A stretch of 64,000 nucleotides of DNA from assembly GCF_009914755.1 (NCBI RefSeq), contig NC_060932.1, one strand, 5' to 3'. Made by a program: the position numbers and the translations under genes. The notes under the pieces were generated by a model that made no database searches, was not told where the DNA came from, and was given only the letters and a program-made list of their open reading frames with translations. Positions 38,401-49,560 of this stretch are shown here, piece after piece. How positions within the stretch are numbered: the stretch's first letter is position 1; each line of letters opens with the position of its first letter. The stretch comes from the human T2T-CHM13v2.0 reference genome, Homo sapiens.

Positions 38401-39471
38401 GAATGTGAAATTGTGCAGTCTATCAAATGTAAACATAATGAAAAATTCAGTGAATATTTCTCAACACCAACACTCTTGGGCCTCAAAAGGAGGTTAAAAA
38501 TGGGATCTAGATGCTTTGTGTTTCCACATAAACAGTTGTAATTCAAAATGTTTTTGCTTTCCTTAATTTCACATTTTATTTTTTTCAACTAGGCAAACTT
38601 TTTCAGTATCTATATATGAACACTTCTCTGGGTCCTGCAGGAATATCAAATCAAGTAAGACAGTCTCTCAAGATCTGTAGATCTGACAGCATCTACAGCC
38701 TAATGGGAGAGATAATCCAAACCATACTGAATTTTCTAGCTATCTATTTGCTAAGTGGTTTCATCTATACACAGCTGTCCTGAAATAAATTCAGGGTTTT
38801 TTTTAGCCATCATAATGAATGTCTATTTGTAATCAATTGTTCTTGACCCATAAAGACAGATAATAAAAATAGATATATCCTAATTATTTTGTGTATTTCT
38901 CATTTTTTGATTTGCTGTTATAATTGAAATAAAATTTGATTGATTCAATTAAGATACTATGATGTCAATAAGACCACAATTAAATCAAATGGCTGATTTA
39001 ATGACATCATATTCTTGGATTGACACAACCTTTCTATAAAATGAAAGTAGAGAGAGAAGACAGAATGGAAAACTTAAAATGTTGGGCATTTATATCAAAT
39101 AAAAGTTCTTTTAATTTCAGGATATCGGTTACAGTTGGCAGCTGCAATAAATTACAACATCTGATAAGGAATGATAATGAGCTTTTCTCCCTTCTGTGTT
39201 CAGCTTTACAGAATAAGAAATGAAAGTCTTTTCATTAAAATGATTTTATTTTTTCTATATAATGCCCTTCTATTACTGTGTTGAAGAGACTTTTTTTTAT
39301 TCAACAGTAAGTGGAAGAGCATGTGTTTTTGAATGTACATTTTGGGCACTTTTGTGACGTACTAGACTTGGGATATCAATTAGTGAGGAGTTCTTTATGA
39401 TTCTTATTTTAATTGTGAGGTATCACCTATAGAGTGATGTTTTCCACTCAGCAATTTAAAATAGGAATGTG

Positions 39472-39780
39472 GGCCAGTCAAAGTGGCTCATGCCGGTAAC
39501 ACTAACACTTTGGGAGGCCCCAGGGCAGGATGATTACTTAAGCCCAGGAGTTTGAAACCAGTCTGGGCAATATAGTGAGACCTTGTCTCTACAAAAAAAT
39601 GAAAAAAATTAGCCAGGAGTGGTGGCCTGCCTTTACTCCCAGCTACTTGGGAGGTTGAGGTGGGAGAATGGCTTGAACCTGAGATGTTGAGCTGCAGTGA
39701 GCCATGATTATACCACTGCACTCCAGCCTGGGAGACAGACAAGACCTTGTCTCCAAAAATCTACATAAATTTAAAAAATT
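39472..39780 (+). mobile_element. AluJ
   Basis: gcccaggagtttgaaaccagtctgggcaatatagtgagacc, with TSD aaataggaat. Confidence 0.92.
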
Positions 39781-40405
39781 AAATAGGAATTGGAGGAATA
39801 ATTTTCAACTTGAAGATAACCTACAAGAAATGAACTTTCATGTTTTGCCTCCTTTGCCCACAATTCTAAAATGCAGCACTAGGTAATGTAAAAGAGACCA
39901 CTGGTTCTCACCTAATGGCCCAGTGCTCCTCTCCATTTTCCAGCCCTGGCACTGGGTGGAGTCATATCACTCATTCTTACCAGTGGAAAATGCCCATGGA
40001 TGTCAAGAACAGTTACGCTTTCTTCTCTCTCTCCCTCTCTTTCTCTCAATCACATTTATAGAAATGAAGTTTTCTGGGTTTGGGAAAATGAAATATGGAG
40101 CTGCATGGGACCCTTAAACATTGCTTGGAGAAGAGCCACACAAGAGAGCCACTAGAACTGCACCTGCCAGTGATGCAAGCAAGGAAAGCACTGCTCCAGC
40201 AGTGGGTCCCAAGGCTGGGTTTATTTGTAGCAGCTGGCTCGTCTTGTGTCTTCCAATCCCCTGTGGCTAAGGTGAGAAATGCCCAGCAAGCACACAGCAT
40301 GCCTTCCCCCTGAAGTTAGGCTGGGGACAGCAGCTGGGCTCTGCCAGTCCACGCAGGACAGATGTGTGGGCCACGTGGTCTAAGGACATTTTCCCTGGAG
40401 AATGT

Positions 40406-41007
40406 TGAAACCATTCCTATAAACTTTTTAAAATTAACCAGGAAACAGGGATGAGGAGAAATAAAAATAAACCCAGGTTGCAGCACATCAGCATTCGTCA
40501 TGGGGTCAGCTGCTCTCTGACCCCTTCCTCACAGTTGTTTGGTCCCTATTGCCCCAGAATCATACAGACCCAGTCACAAGATTATAGCTCCCTTAACTGC
40601 TCTAGTTGTTATCTAACAACTTTGAGCATGGTCAAGCGTTAAGTTTTCCATTTGAGATTGTTCCTTCAGGTCCTGCATACTGATGAAACTACAGACTCAG
40701 CCGATGTGACGGAACCCACTGATGCTAGCTGGTCTCACAAGGAGCTGACTCATCAAAGAATGCGGTTTCCATAAGATGATGATTTCATCCCCCTGCCCCA
40801 ACCAATCAAAGACCCCAATTTTCCAGTACCTCTCCATCCATGACCCCCTTAAAAATCCCATCCCAGAACTCCTTGGTTAGATGGATTTGAAGATCTCCTC
40901 CCACATCCCCACTTGACCAACCTGCGATTATTAAGCTCTTTCTCTGCTGCAAACCCTGATGGTCTGTTCCTGTACAGCAGGCATTTGAACCTGGTGGTCC
41001 TGTAACA
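40406..41007 (+). mobile_element. ERV1 (MER4-group, LTR51/MER73-like) solo LTR
   Basis: TG...CA termini (tgaaaccattcc...ctgtaaca) and a 4-bp TSD ATGT (40402-40405 and 41008-41011). CCAAT and ttaaaa promoter-like elements are present. Subfamily uncertain. Confidence 0.8.
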
Positions 41008-41198
41008 ATGTGAGTTGGTGAGGAGCTCTGTAATAGCTTCACTGCCACAATCAAGTACCAACCATTCTTTCCCTACAGTGCAACTCAGGATCATTGGAGA
41101 CATTTCAAATAGGATAAGAGTGCATCGTGTAATATAGATGAGTTACATGTGGAACATCTCTATCTGAGAACTAATTTCCATTAGATCATGTGACCTTC

Positions 41199-41681
41199 TA
41201 TGATAGTTAATTTTATGTGTCAATTTGACTGGGCCATGGGCTGCTCAGATCCCTGGTTAAACAGAATGTATGGATGTGTCTGTGAGCATGTTTCTGGAAG
41301 AGATTAGCATTTGAATTGGTGGACTGAGTAAAGCAGATGGCCCTCCCCAGTGTCAGCAGACATCATCCCATCCATGGAGGACCCCAATGGAACAAAAGTC
41401 TAGAGGAAGGTTGAACTCTCTCTCTGCCTGACTGCTTGAGCTGAGATGGCATCACTCTTCTCCTGCCCTTGGACTGACACTTACATTATCACACTTACAG
41501 TTGTCAGGCCTTTGGACTGGGATTGGAACCACACCACCACCTTTCCTTGGTCTCTGGTTTGTAGACCACAGATTGTGGAACTTTTCAGCCTCTGTAATTG
41601 CATGAGCCAATACCTTATAATAAATATCATTCTATGTATTTTCTATTGTTTCTGTTTCTCTGGAGAACCCTGACTAATACA
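41199..41681 (+). mobile_element. MLT2 (ERVL) solo LTR
   Basis: gttaattttatgtgtcaatttgactggg...gagattagcatttgaattggtggactgagtaaagcagat...ctctggagaaccctgactaataca. Confidence 0.9.
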
Positions 41682-43229
41682 ACTTAAGAAAATAATTTCA
41701 CTGTATTCTCAAAATAGTTAGAATCCTGAAACAATGCAGATACAGTCTCTAACCTGTACTCCTATGAGAAATAATATAGGGCATATGGGTAAACATAGAT
41801 TTTGTTGAGAGTAATAAAATCAATATAGTATAATCATATCTGATTAATATTGTAGCCATGTATGCAGGGTACTATGTGATGCTGCTCTATGGGGCAATAC
41901 AAAAATCATAGGTGAAAGTAATATTGTAGAAGCAAATAAAACTTTTAATGGTATAGATGTTGATGATCAAATACATTGGTAAATCAATCACAGTTCCCTC
42001 AAGGTATTAGCTCTCTGGAGGAGAATTCTGAAGAAGTTTTAGACTTGATTAATGATAAATTAATTATGGTTCTCAATCACTGCATAGATGTGTATCATCA
42101 AGTCCAGATAGCTATAGATCACAGAGGTAAAAGAAGTGCAAAGTGAGTACAGAAACCTGAGAAAGTTTGCATTGCTATTATTGGATGCTGCAGCTGCCTG
42201 TCTAGAAGTCTAGACCAACCCCTCACTGCTTACTTAAAATGCTTAGAATGTGTGCATTTTGATTGTTTATCTGATTATACATTATTGCAAGGCCAATAAT
42301 GGCCATCAAACTATGAGTGATTGTTTTGCATAAGCAGGCCTTGACCACAAGTCGGGGTGGTGAGCTATGCAGGGGGGTTTACTCCAGCAGGCCTGGGCTT
42401 GGCTTGAGCTGTTTTGCTGAAGTGAGAGAATTGTCTTTACACACTGACCCCTTGTCAAGAAATGAAATCTGCTAGTCAGCAGTGTGGCCATGGGTCCAAG
42501 ACAAGTCTCTGGTGGTTTACGCCAGACTGTCAACATTGTTGATTGAGTAAAGTGAGTCTAGGTCACTTTCCTCAAAGAATCTGCCATTGGGGCTTGGCTG
42601 CATAGCAAGAATATGCCTATAAGACCAGCTGGGGATAAGAAGCTCTGCTCAAGACTCTTATTTTGGGGTCCCTTGTTCTGTAGTGTTCTGGGTACACGTT
42701 GGTATATGTTGGTTTTTGATCTGAGAGAAGAGGCCTGTGCTGGTGTGACTCTTTAGAGAGAGGGCACTGAGGACTTGCTCTTTCTGCTCCCCAGACCCCT
42801 TGCTGTACAGCAGGCAGCCTCTGGCTGCAGTGCATGTCCTCACTTTAATGGTATTCCTGTGTTGAATCATTTGCCAACAATAATTGAATATTTTGTAAGC
42901 GTGGCCATTGTGGATCCTGTGAATATTCTTTTGTGGTTGAATCCTGTCTAACTCCCACCGTTAGTGCTGTTTCTGTTTCCCCACAGAGACAGAAACAGTG
43001 CCTGACCAGTGGGACGCATCCACTAAATGTGAAATGACTGAAATACCTATGTACCCTTCCTTGGTGGGGAAAGAAGCCAGAGTGATTTAAATAAATAGTG
43101 ACCAATATAATTAAGTTACATTAGTTACCCAATAAAATCAAGTTTTTCATCTCCAAAGACAAATCTAACCACTAATAGAGAGAAAGAAAAACTGGAAGGT
43201 CTGTTTGTAGATCTTGGTTCATCATTAGA

Positions 43230-43710
43230 CCTTAATAGCTGATACTTACGGAACTGATATTTACTGAGCACCTACTCTGTGCCAGGCACAGGGCCAAATG
43301 CTTAATATTTATTTGTTCATTCATCCATTCATTTATTCAACAGATATTTGTTGAGTACTTCCCTGATGGCAGTAATGTTTTAGATGCTGGGGATTCACCT
43401 GATCTATTTATCTCAGCTACCCTGTGGGTTGGGTTCACATTCTCATTTTACAGATAAAAAAACTGAGCTTTATTGAAGTTAACTTGAATCAGATTGTTAT
43501 CATAGAACAATTTCAGGAATCTAGTCCTATCCCTGAGTCTCTTAGACTTTCAAACTATGCTTGGTTTCCATAAGACACAGAACCCTCCCCTGTGAAATAG
43601 GATAATGTTCTCCCACCTACCTCAACAGGGAAGCAGCTTAAGACCAAATGGGATGACGTAGACCACAGTGCTTTTCAAGCCATCAAGTGCCATATAAATT
43701 TATTGTTATT
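43230..43710. mobile_element. MIR and L2 fragments
   Basis: tttactgagcacctactctgtgccaggcac, an (ATTC)n L2 tail, and ctcattttacagat. Confidence 0.65.
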
Positions 43711-44752
43711 ATGTGCCTAAGGAGTATCTTTGCAACACAAAATTAGTAACATATTTTAAAATTTTTCTCATTGTTTACTTTTCCTGTTTAAGAATCAGAG
43801 GTAGTTTGAAGAAAGTAGCACAAAGATGCTTTTTTAAGAGTAGTTTCAAGCCCCATAGCCAAAGACTTTATTCCTTCACAGTGGATGGTGGCACAGCTAC
43901 AGAGACATGTCAAGGGCAGCTTTTCTCCCAACACACAGAAGATCACAGCTCTTGAATCAGACTTTGTTCATTACCCATGCAGTTTGATTTTGCATTTTGA
44001 CCTTAAAAATCATGAGTCATGGTGATAGGTTTTAACCAGTATGACTCTGCCTGAAGGCAGAAAAATGGATTAATGACCTTCTGAATCCTACCCTCTTAGA
44101 CTGAGAATTATGTTTTCTGTAAACGCTTTCAGAACTAATTATAGAAGAACATCCACCAAGACTAAAAATTTGTTTCAAAATGAAAAATAACTGCACCCAC
44201 AGTTTAGGTACTAAAAGATTTCTTTTGACTGTTTCTGCAAAATACTGACTTTAGGCAAGAAATGGTAAACAATTTTTTTAATTTAAAATAAAATTTCCAA
44301 GTTACACAGCAGCTTGAAGTGTATACAATAGCAATTACCGTGTAATTAAAAGTCAGATGGTCTCTGGTTATAAATGTCATGAAAAAGACTACCTGTCTGA
44401 TGGATTGTTTTTAGGAGCCATCACTAAGCACTGGATATGGATAAACAGCCTTGAGTTACAAAAAAAAAAAAATCCTCTCATCAGGACACCACTTAATTAA
44501 AGAAGCAGAATGTATTGTTTTCAAAATATTCCAGGCCTTTGCATGAAGTTTCAGAAATCTGGCTACAGAAGAAAGGAATAAAATATTTAGAAGAGAGCTG
44601 TTAGTCATCCATGAGATGGAGGTTCTGCAGGCCCATTTTTTTGCACTGGATTTTTCAAACTCTTGCCACCAATGAGCTGTTGAGAAAGTGGGCATTCTTT
44701 GTGCACCTAGTAGGGATTCAGACACAGTAGCAGGGATTACCTGCTATACCTG

Positions 44753-45916
44753 ATCGTATGGGTTGACTTGTTCTCTCCCAAAAACAACTTAAAGCCTGTC
44801 ATCCAGAAGACCACTAGGATGGCTAAACAGTAGGAAGGAGAGCTTTTATTGGTCATATCAGTTTGCAAGTGGGAAAAGAAAGTCTCCAGCATGGACCAAA
44901 GGTGCTCTCTCTTTGAAGAGAGGGAGGACAGGTTGCGTTTTTATGCCTCACAAAGTCCATATGACACAACAGAGTTCTACATATTCACCAGGTTTTGGGG
45001 AAATGCTAGACATAGTTTTGAGGGGAGCCAAGCCCATGTACAATGGGCAAACATGTATGTAACATACATTCCATGTTCACTTTGGGGTGGGCATTGAAAT
45101 GAGATGGATTTTTCCTGTTTACATCAAAAGGTGAACTACAGGACACAGAGACAGTTTATGCACAGCCTCTGTGAGCTGCTAAAGCTGCAGTAGCTTATCA
45201 GGAAAGAAAGCATGTTGGTAAGGCAAGTCCTCTGTCCAGTCCCCATTGAGGTGGTCTGGATTATAAGTCGGAGTTAGGATAATTTGCCTGATAGCTCCCA
45301 TTGTTAGGGAGTTTAGCAAAATGTGTTTTTTTCTGGTAGGAATTTGCCATGTCAGCCAGGCCCGAACCCTTGACTCATAGGTAACTTTGTTTCCTTAACA
45401 TTTTGGTTCATCTTAGTTGGTAAAAGGCATCTATTTTCATCTCTCAGATCACATGTCCTAACGCCTAGATGACTAAGGTTCACTCAGAATGTGACCTTAT
45501 TTGGAAATAGGGTCTTTACAGAGGTAATCGAGTAAAATGAGGTCATTAGGTCAGGTCCTAATCTAATATGACTGTGACCTTAAGAAAAAGGGGGTTACTG
45601 AGACACAGAGACAGTCATGCACAGAAGGAAGACAGTATGAAGAGACACAGGAGGATGCCGTGGGAAGACGGGAGCCACGCTGCAGAGACACAGAAGGATG
45701 TCATGTTGGGGCCAGAATCATGCTGCTGTAGTCTGATGAAGATCTGAGGCTTCCAAAGCCGGAAGAGGCAAGGAAGAGTCCTTCTCTTACAGGTTTCAGA
45801 GGTAGCATGACCTTGCTGACACCCAGAGCCTCCAGAACCACGAAGCAATACATTTCTGCTTTTTTAAGACACACAGTTGATGGTACTTTGTGATGGCAGC
45901 CCTAACAAATGAATAT
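44753..45916 (+). mobile_element. MLT1C MaLR LTR, split by an ERV1 LTR
   Basis: 5' stub tatgggttgacttg..., resuming at 45454 with cagaatgtgaccttatttggaaatagggtc...gcagccctaacaaatgaatata. Confidence 0.82.
44797..45453 (-). mobile_element. ERV1 solo LTR (MER39/LTR49-like)
   Basis: Minus strand starts TGTGATCTGAGAG..AAAATAGATGCC..TTAAGGAAACAAAGTTACC and ends CA. Degenerate TSD agcc/tgtc. Confidence 0.75.
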
Positions 45917-46674
45917 AATAATCTTTCTAAAGGAATCAATTTTGTTTAGTCATTAAGAGGATGGGCTTCCAAGTCAGTCAGTCAGCCAGTCATTCAGCCA
46001 ATATTTTCTGAGCTCTCTACCTTAGGCACTGAGACTACAGACAATGAAGACAGGCTGGGTCCACTTTTCACACAGCTCACATCAGGCAGAGGAAGGCAGA
46101 TAATGAACAAGCAGAACAGAATATAAAGTGAGTTCAGAATTGGTAAGTGATACCAAGAAACAAAATGGGACACTAGTTAAAAAGAGTTATAGTTGAGATT
46201 TTAAAGGGTGTCATGAAATGCCTCTCTGAAAAGGTAATTTGAGCAGAGATGCAAAGGGTAAAAAAGGAAATAGTCATGTGAATACCTGGCAAAAGAAAAT
46301 TCTGTGTAGCAGGAACACATCTGCTATATTCCAGCAATGGACAGAGGAAGAATCTAGCAGGAGAGTCCTGAATTCAGGAGACCATGATAGGAGATGATGT
46401 TTGAATGGCTTGTGAAACCAGGTGAGTCATGGTGGAGAATCTGGATTTTAGACTATAGCTAAAAGAAAATCACTGGAGTCTTTTAAGTACAGAGTCCATG
46501 TGACCTGTTTACATTAAAACATTTCTAATTGAAGTATTATTTTTATACTTCAATTTTATTCCCATTTATTTTTAATGGGAATGAAGATTGGAAGCAGGAC
46601 AAGCAGCAACTTAGATGAGAGAGGGGATTGGCTCTGGCTAGTGTGGTAGTGAGGAGGGGTAATCAATTTATTTC

Positions 46675-46824
46675 CAATTTTTTTTGTCTTTTTTTTCCTT
46701 TTTGTGGCAACAAGGTCTCTCTATATTGCCCTGGCTGGTCTAGAACTCCTGGGATCAAGCTAGTCTCCCACTTCTGCCTTCCTAAGTGCTGGGATTACAC
46801 AGGCATGAGACACCATGCCTGGCC
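46675..46824 (-). mobile_element. FLAM / Alu monomer
   Basis: ggctggtctagaactcctggg...gtgctgggattac...accatgcctggcc. Confidence 0.85.
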
Positions 46825-47299
46825 ACTGTGATCAATTTAGGATTGAGTTTGGATGCAGGATTGGCTGATAAATTCAATTCAGTGCAGCTGGTGAGGGTAA
46901 ATAAAAGAAGGAATCAAAGATGATTCTTTATGTTCTGATGTGCAACTCAGTGGTGATGCCATTAAAGGGGATGAGAAGGAGGAGGGTTGATGGTAGAGAG
47001 AGATAGTGGAGTCAAGATTTTCATTTTGCACATGTTTAATTTATGAAGTCTGTTAACACATTTGTACAGAACTGTGGAGTATGCAGTTGTCAGAAACTTA
47101 TGGGAGAGATTAGTGCTGAAGATATGACTTTGGAAATGATCTACAAATAGAAAAACGAAAGAAAGGGAAGGGTCAAAGATTATGTCATGGACTATGCCAT
47201 CACATAGAGGTTGCAGAAGAGGAGAAACAAGTAAAAGAAGATGTAGTGAGCTTGGGGATTTAGTGGCTGACTAAGGAAAAAAGAAGAACATGACAGCAG

Positions 47300-47712
47300 T
47301 ATTGCACAGAAAGCTTCCTTGGTGCAACATGGACAGATTTACAAGAGAGGGGAAGTCCCTTCCAGCAGGAAATAGCGTAAGACACCACACGGAGTGGGAG
47401 AGGAGTGTCGGAGAGGAGACTTACAAGACCAGGTGATGTAGCTCAACAGCAAGATGGGGACCCTGTGTCAGGGAGCTGAGAAGGACAGCAGAGGCTTCAG
47501 GTCTTTTATAGCCACAGAGTTTGTCTTACCTATGACGAGCAGATATTGAGTGCAATTTTGTAGAGTATGCCAAGCAAGCAGGCTCTAAATCATAAAAAAT
47601 ATACTTATTTGAGCAATTGGATGTGTAAGAATTATTTGAGTTTGGCATCAGTGGTCCTTGAGCCAAAGGTCCTTGCCTGCTGTGAGGAAGTAAACATAGA
47701 GAACAGCACAGG
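47300..47712 (-). mobile_element. Probable old LTR, family not assigned
   Basis: Interrupts the L2 and has a TATAAAA on the minus strand (cttttatagcc). LTR-like composition; family not recognised with confidence. Confidence 0.4.
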
Positions 47713-47716
47713 GGGA

Positions 47717-48194
47717 TGTTAGGTACAGTAAGTTCCTCTTCAAAGAGTCAGCTTGTTCAGCTTCTTTGTTCTTTGTTCTCTATTTCAAAGCCTAACTTCC
47801 TCGTTCTTTGTACCTCCTTGCCCCTAGTTACATTTATCTATAACCCACATCTGTTCCCTTGGTTACCCACTCTACAACTGCCCTTCCTGCTGAAACTATT
47901 CTACCCACCAAAACCACTCCTCCTACCACTGTAACCCACATCCCTGCTCTATTTGAAATAGCCAATTGGGATTAGCTTAGATTGTGCCATCCGGCTCCAG
48001 CCAATGGGAACAGGACACAGAAGCAAGGACTAACCTCTTTAGGGATAAAAACCCCTTCCCTCGTTTGTTCGGTGTGTTCTGGCAGTGGCCAGGAGGGCAA
48101 GTGGCACCCTTCTGTGGAAGTAAATTTGCCTTGCTGAGAAATTCTTTGTTTGAGTGCTCATTTTCCTTGCGACTCCAAGCTCTTATTTCCAACA
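47717..48194 (+). mobile_element. LTR10 (HERV-I/IP10 family) solo LTR
   Basis: tgttaggtacagtaagttcctcttcaaa...agtaaatttgccttgctgagaaa...ctcttatttccaaca, with two CCAAT boxes, GATAAAA and TSD GGGA (47713-47716 and 48195-48198). Confidence 0.88.
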
Positions 48195-49344
48195 GGGAAA
48201 TCTTTGACCTGTTTATGTAACAAAGGATGAGATAGAAAGACAGAAATGCTCAAGGATGGAAAGAAAAGTGAGTGAGCAAGAGAGATTAAGAGACAGAGAG
48301 TCAGAGTGTAACTTGGAAAAGTGGTGAAGAAAATCTCAGGAAAAAAGGAGCACTCCACGACTGCTGAGGGTTCAAGAAGAGGACAGAGAATTGATGCTGT
48401 ATGTGCCTGAACAAGACAATTGACAACCTTGTTGAGAGCAGTTTCAGTGGAATAGTCAGGGAGAGAAAACCTGGATTGGAGCATGCTAAGGAATGGAAGT
48501 AGAGATGTGAGTATCTACAAGTCTTCCAAGGAAGACTTTCTAACTGTTTTAAGGTATGTTGTCTGAAGAAAAGCAGAGATGTGGGCTAGTTGCTCTACAA
48601 CAGTGGCAGACTTGAGAGTGCTTTTAAAACCTTTTTAAGGAGAACCATTACAGCATGCTGGTTTGGTGTTGGGGGCAAAGAGAACATCCTTTCCTTGGTT
48701 TCAGGTTTCCCTGTGAAGGGACCTTCACCAGAGGGAACTTTTGGCCTTTTGTAAGCCCTTTGCTCCTCACAATGGAGAATGAGTTAACTCGTCTTAGTGG
48801 AAACACATTGGTCCTGTTTCTCAAGCTGATGGAGTTGATCTATTAAAAGTTTGCAACACTAGGATTTCTTTTTCCCTTTTTTTCTTTCAGTGCCAGACTA
48901 GGATGAGACAGCCATCCTGGATAAGTGTTCCTACTCTAGACCTAAACTTTTCTTTAGGAAGGCTTTCCTAAGGTCTAAACTGGATCAGGAAGCAAAGAGT
49001 GTCAGCAAGCCCTTTGGCCAACAATTTAAAGATTCTCTACAGTGGATTTTCAGTAAGAATGATGAAAATCTTATTTCTATTACCCTATTTCAATCAAGTC
49101 TATCTCAATAGATTCCATACTTGGATCCATATAAAATATAAATATGTTGTGTATTGACCTGCTAAAAATGTACAAATTGGATATTGGCAAGAATGATTTG
49201 GTAGAATGGAAAGTAAATGTTGGGGATATGGGAAGGAGAATTGTAACTGGAGGAACCAAGACAATGAGTAGGCTGGACCTGCAGTATTGTATGTCCAGTG
49301 AAACAGAAGAGAAAGTGGAATAGAGGGGTGCAGAGGCAGATAGA

Positions 49345-49560
49345 GCAGGGAGAGAGACTTGGGTTGAAATCTTGACTCCACAATTTAGCAAGCTAGATGG
49401 CTTTGGGAATCTTTCTTAATCTCTCTTTTATTTCTATTTGTAAAATGGGAATAGTAATACTTACCATAAATTTGTTGTGAAGCATACATGAGCTTTCAAA
49501 TGCAAAATTCTTAGCAAAGGATCTGGTCCCTTATAATTGGTAAATAAATGATGATAATAT
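49345..49560 (+). mobile_element. MIR
   Basis: acttgggttgaaatcttgactccac...tgtaaaatgggaatagtaatacttacc. Confidence 0.7.

Larger units (their letters stand above)
45975..49330 (-). mobile_element. L2a fragments interrupted by FLAM and LTRs
   Basis: L2 3' tail (tcagtcag..tcattcagccaatattt) and purine-rich L2 body segments at ~45975-47290, ~48290-48600 and ~49180-49330. Confidence 0.65.
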
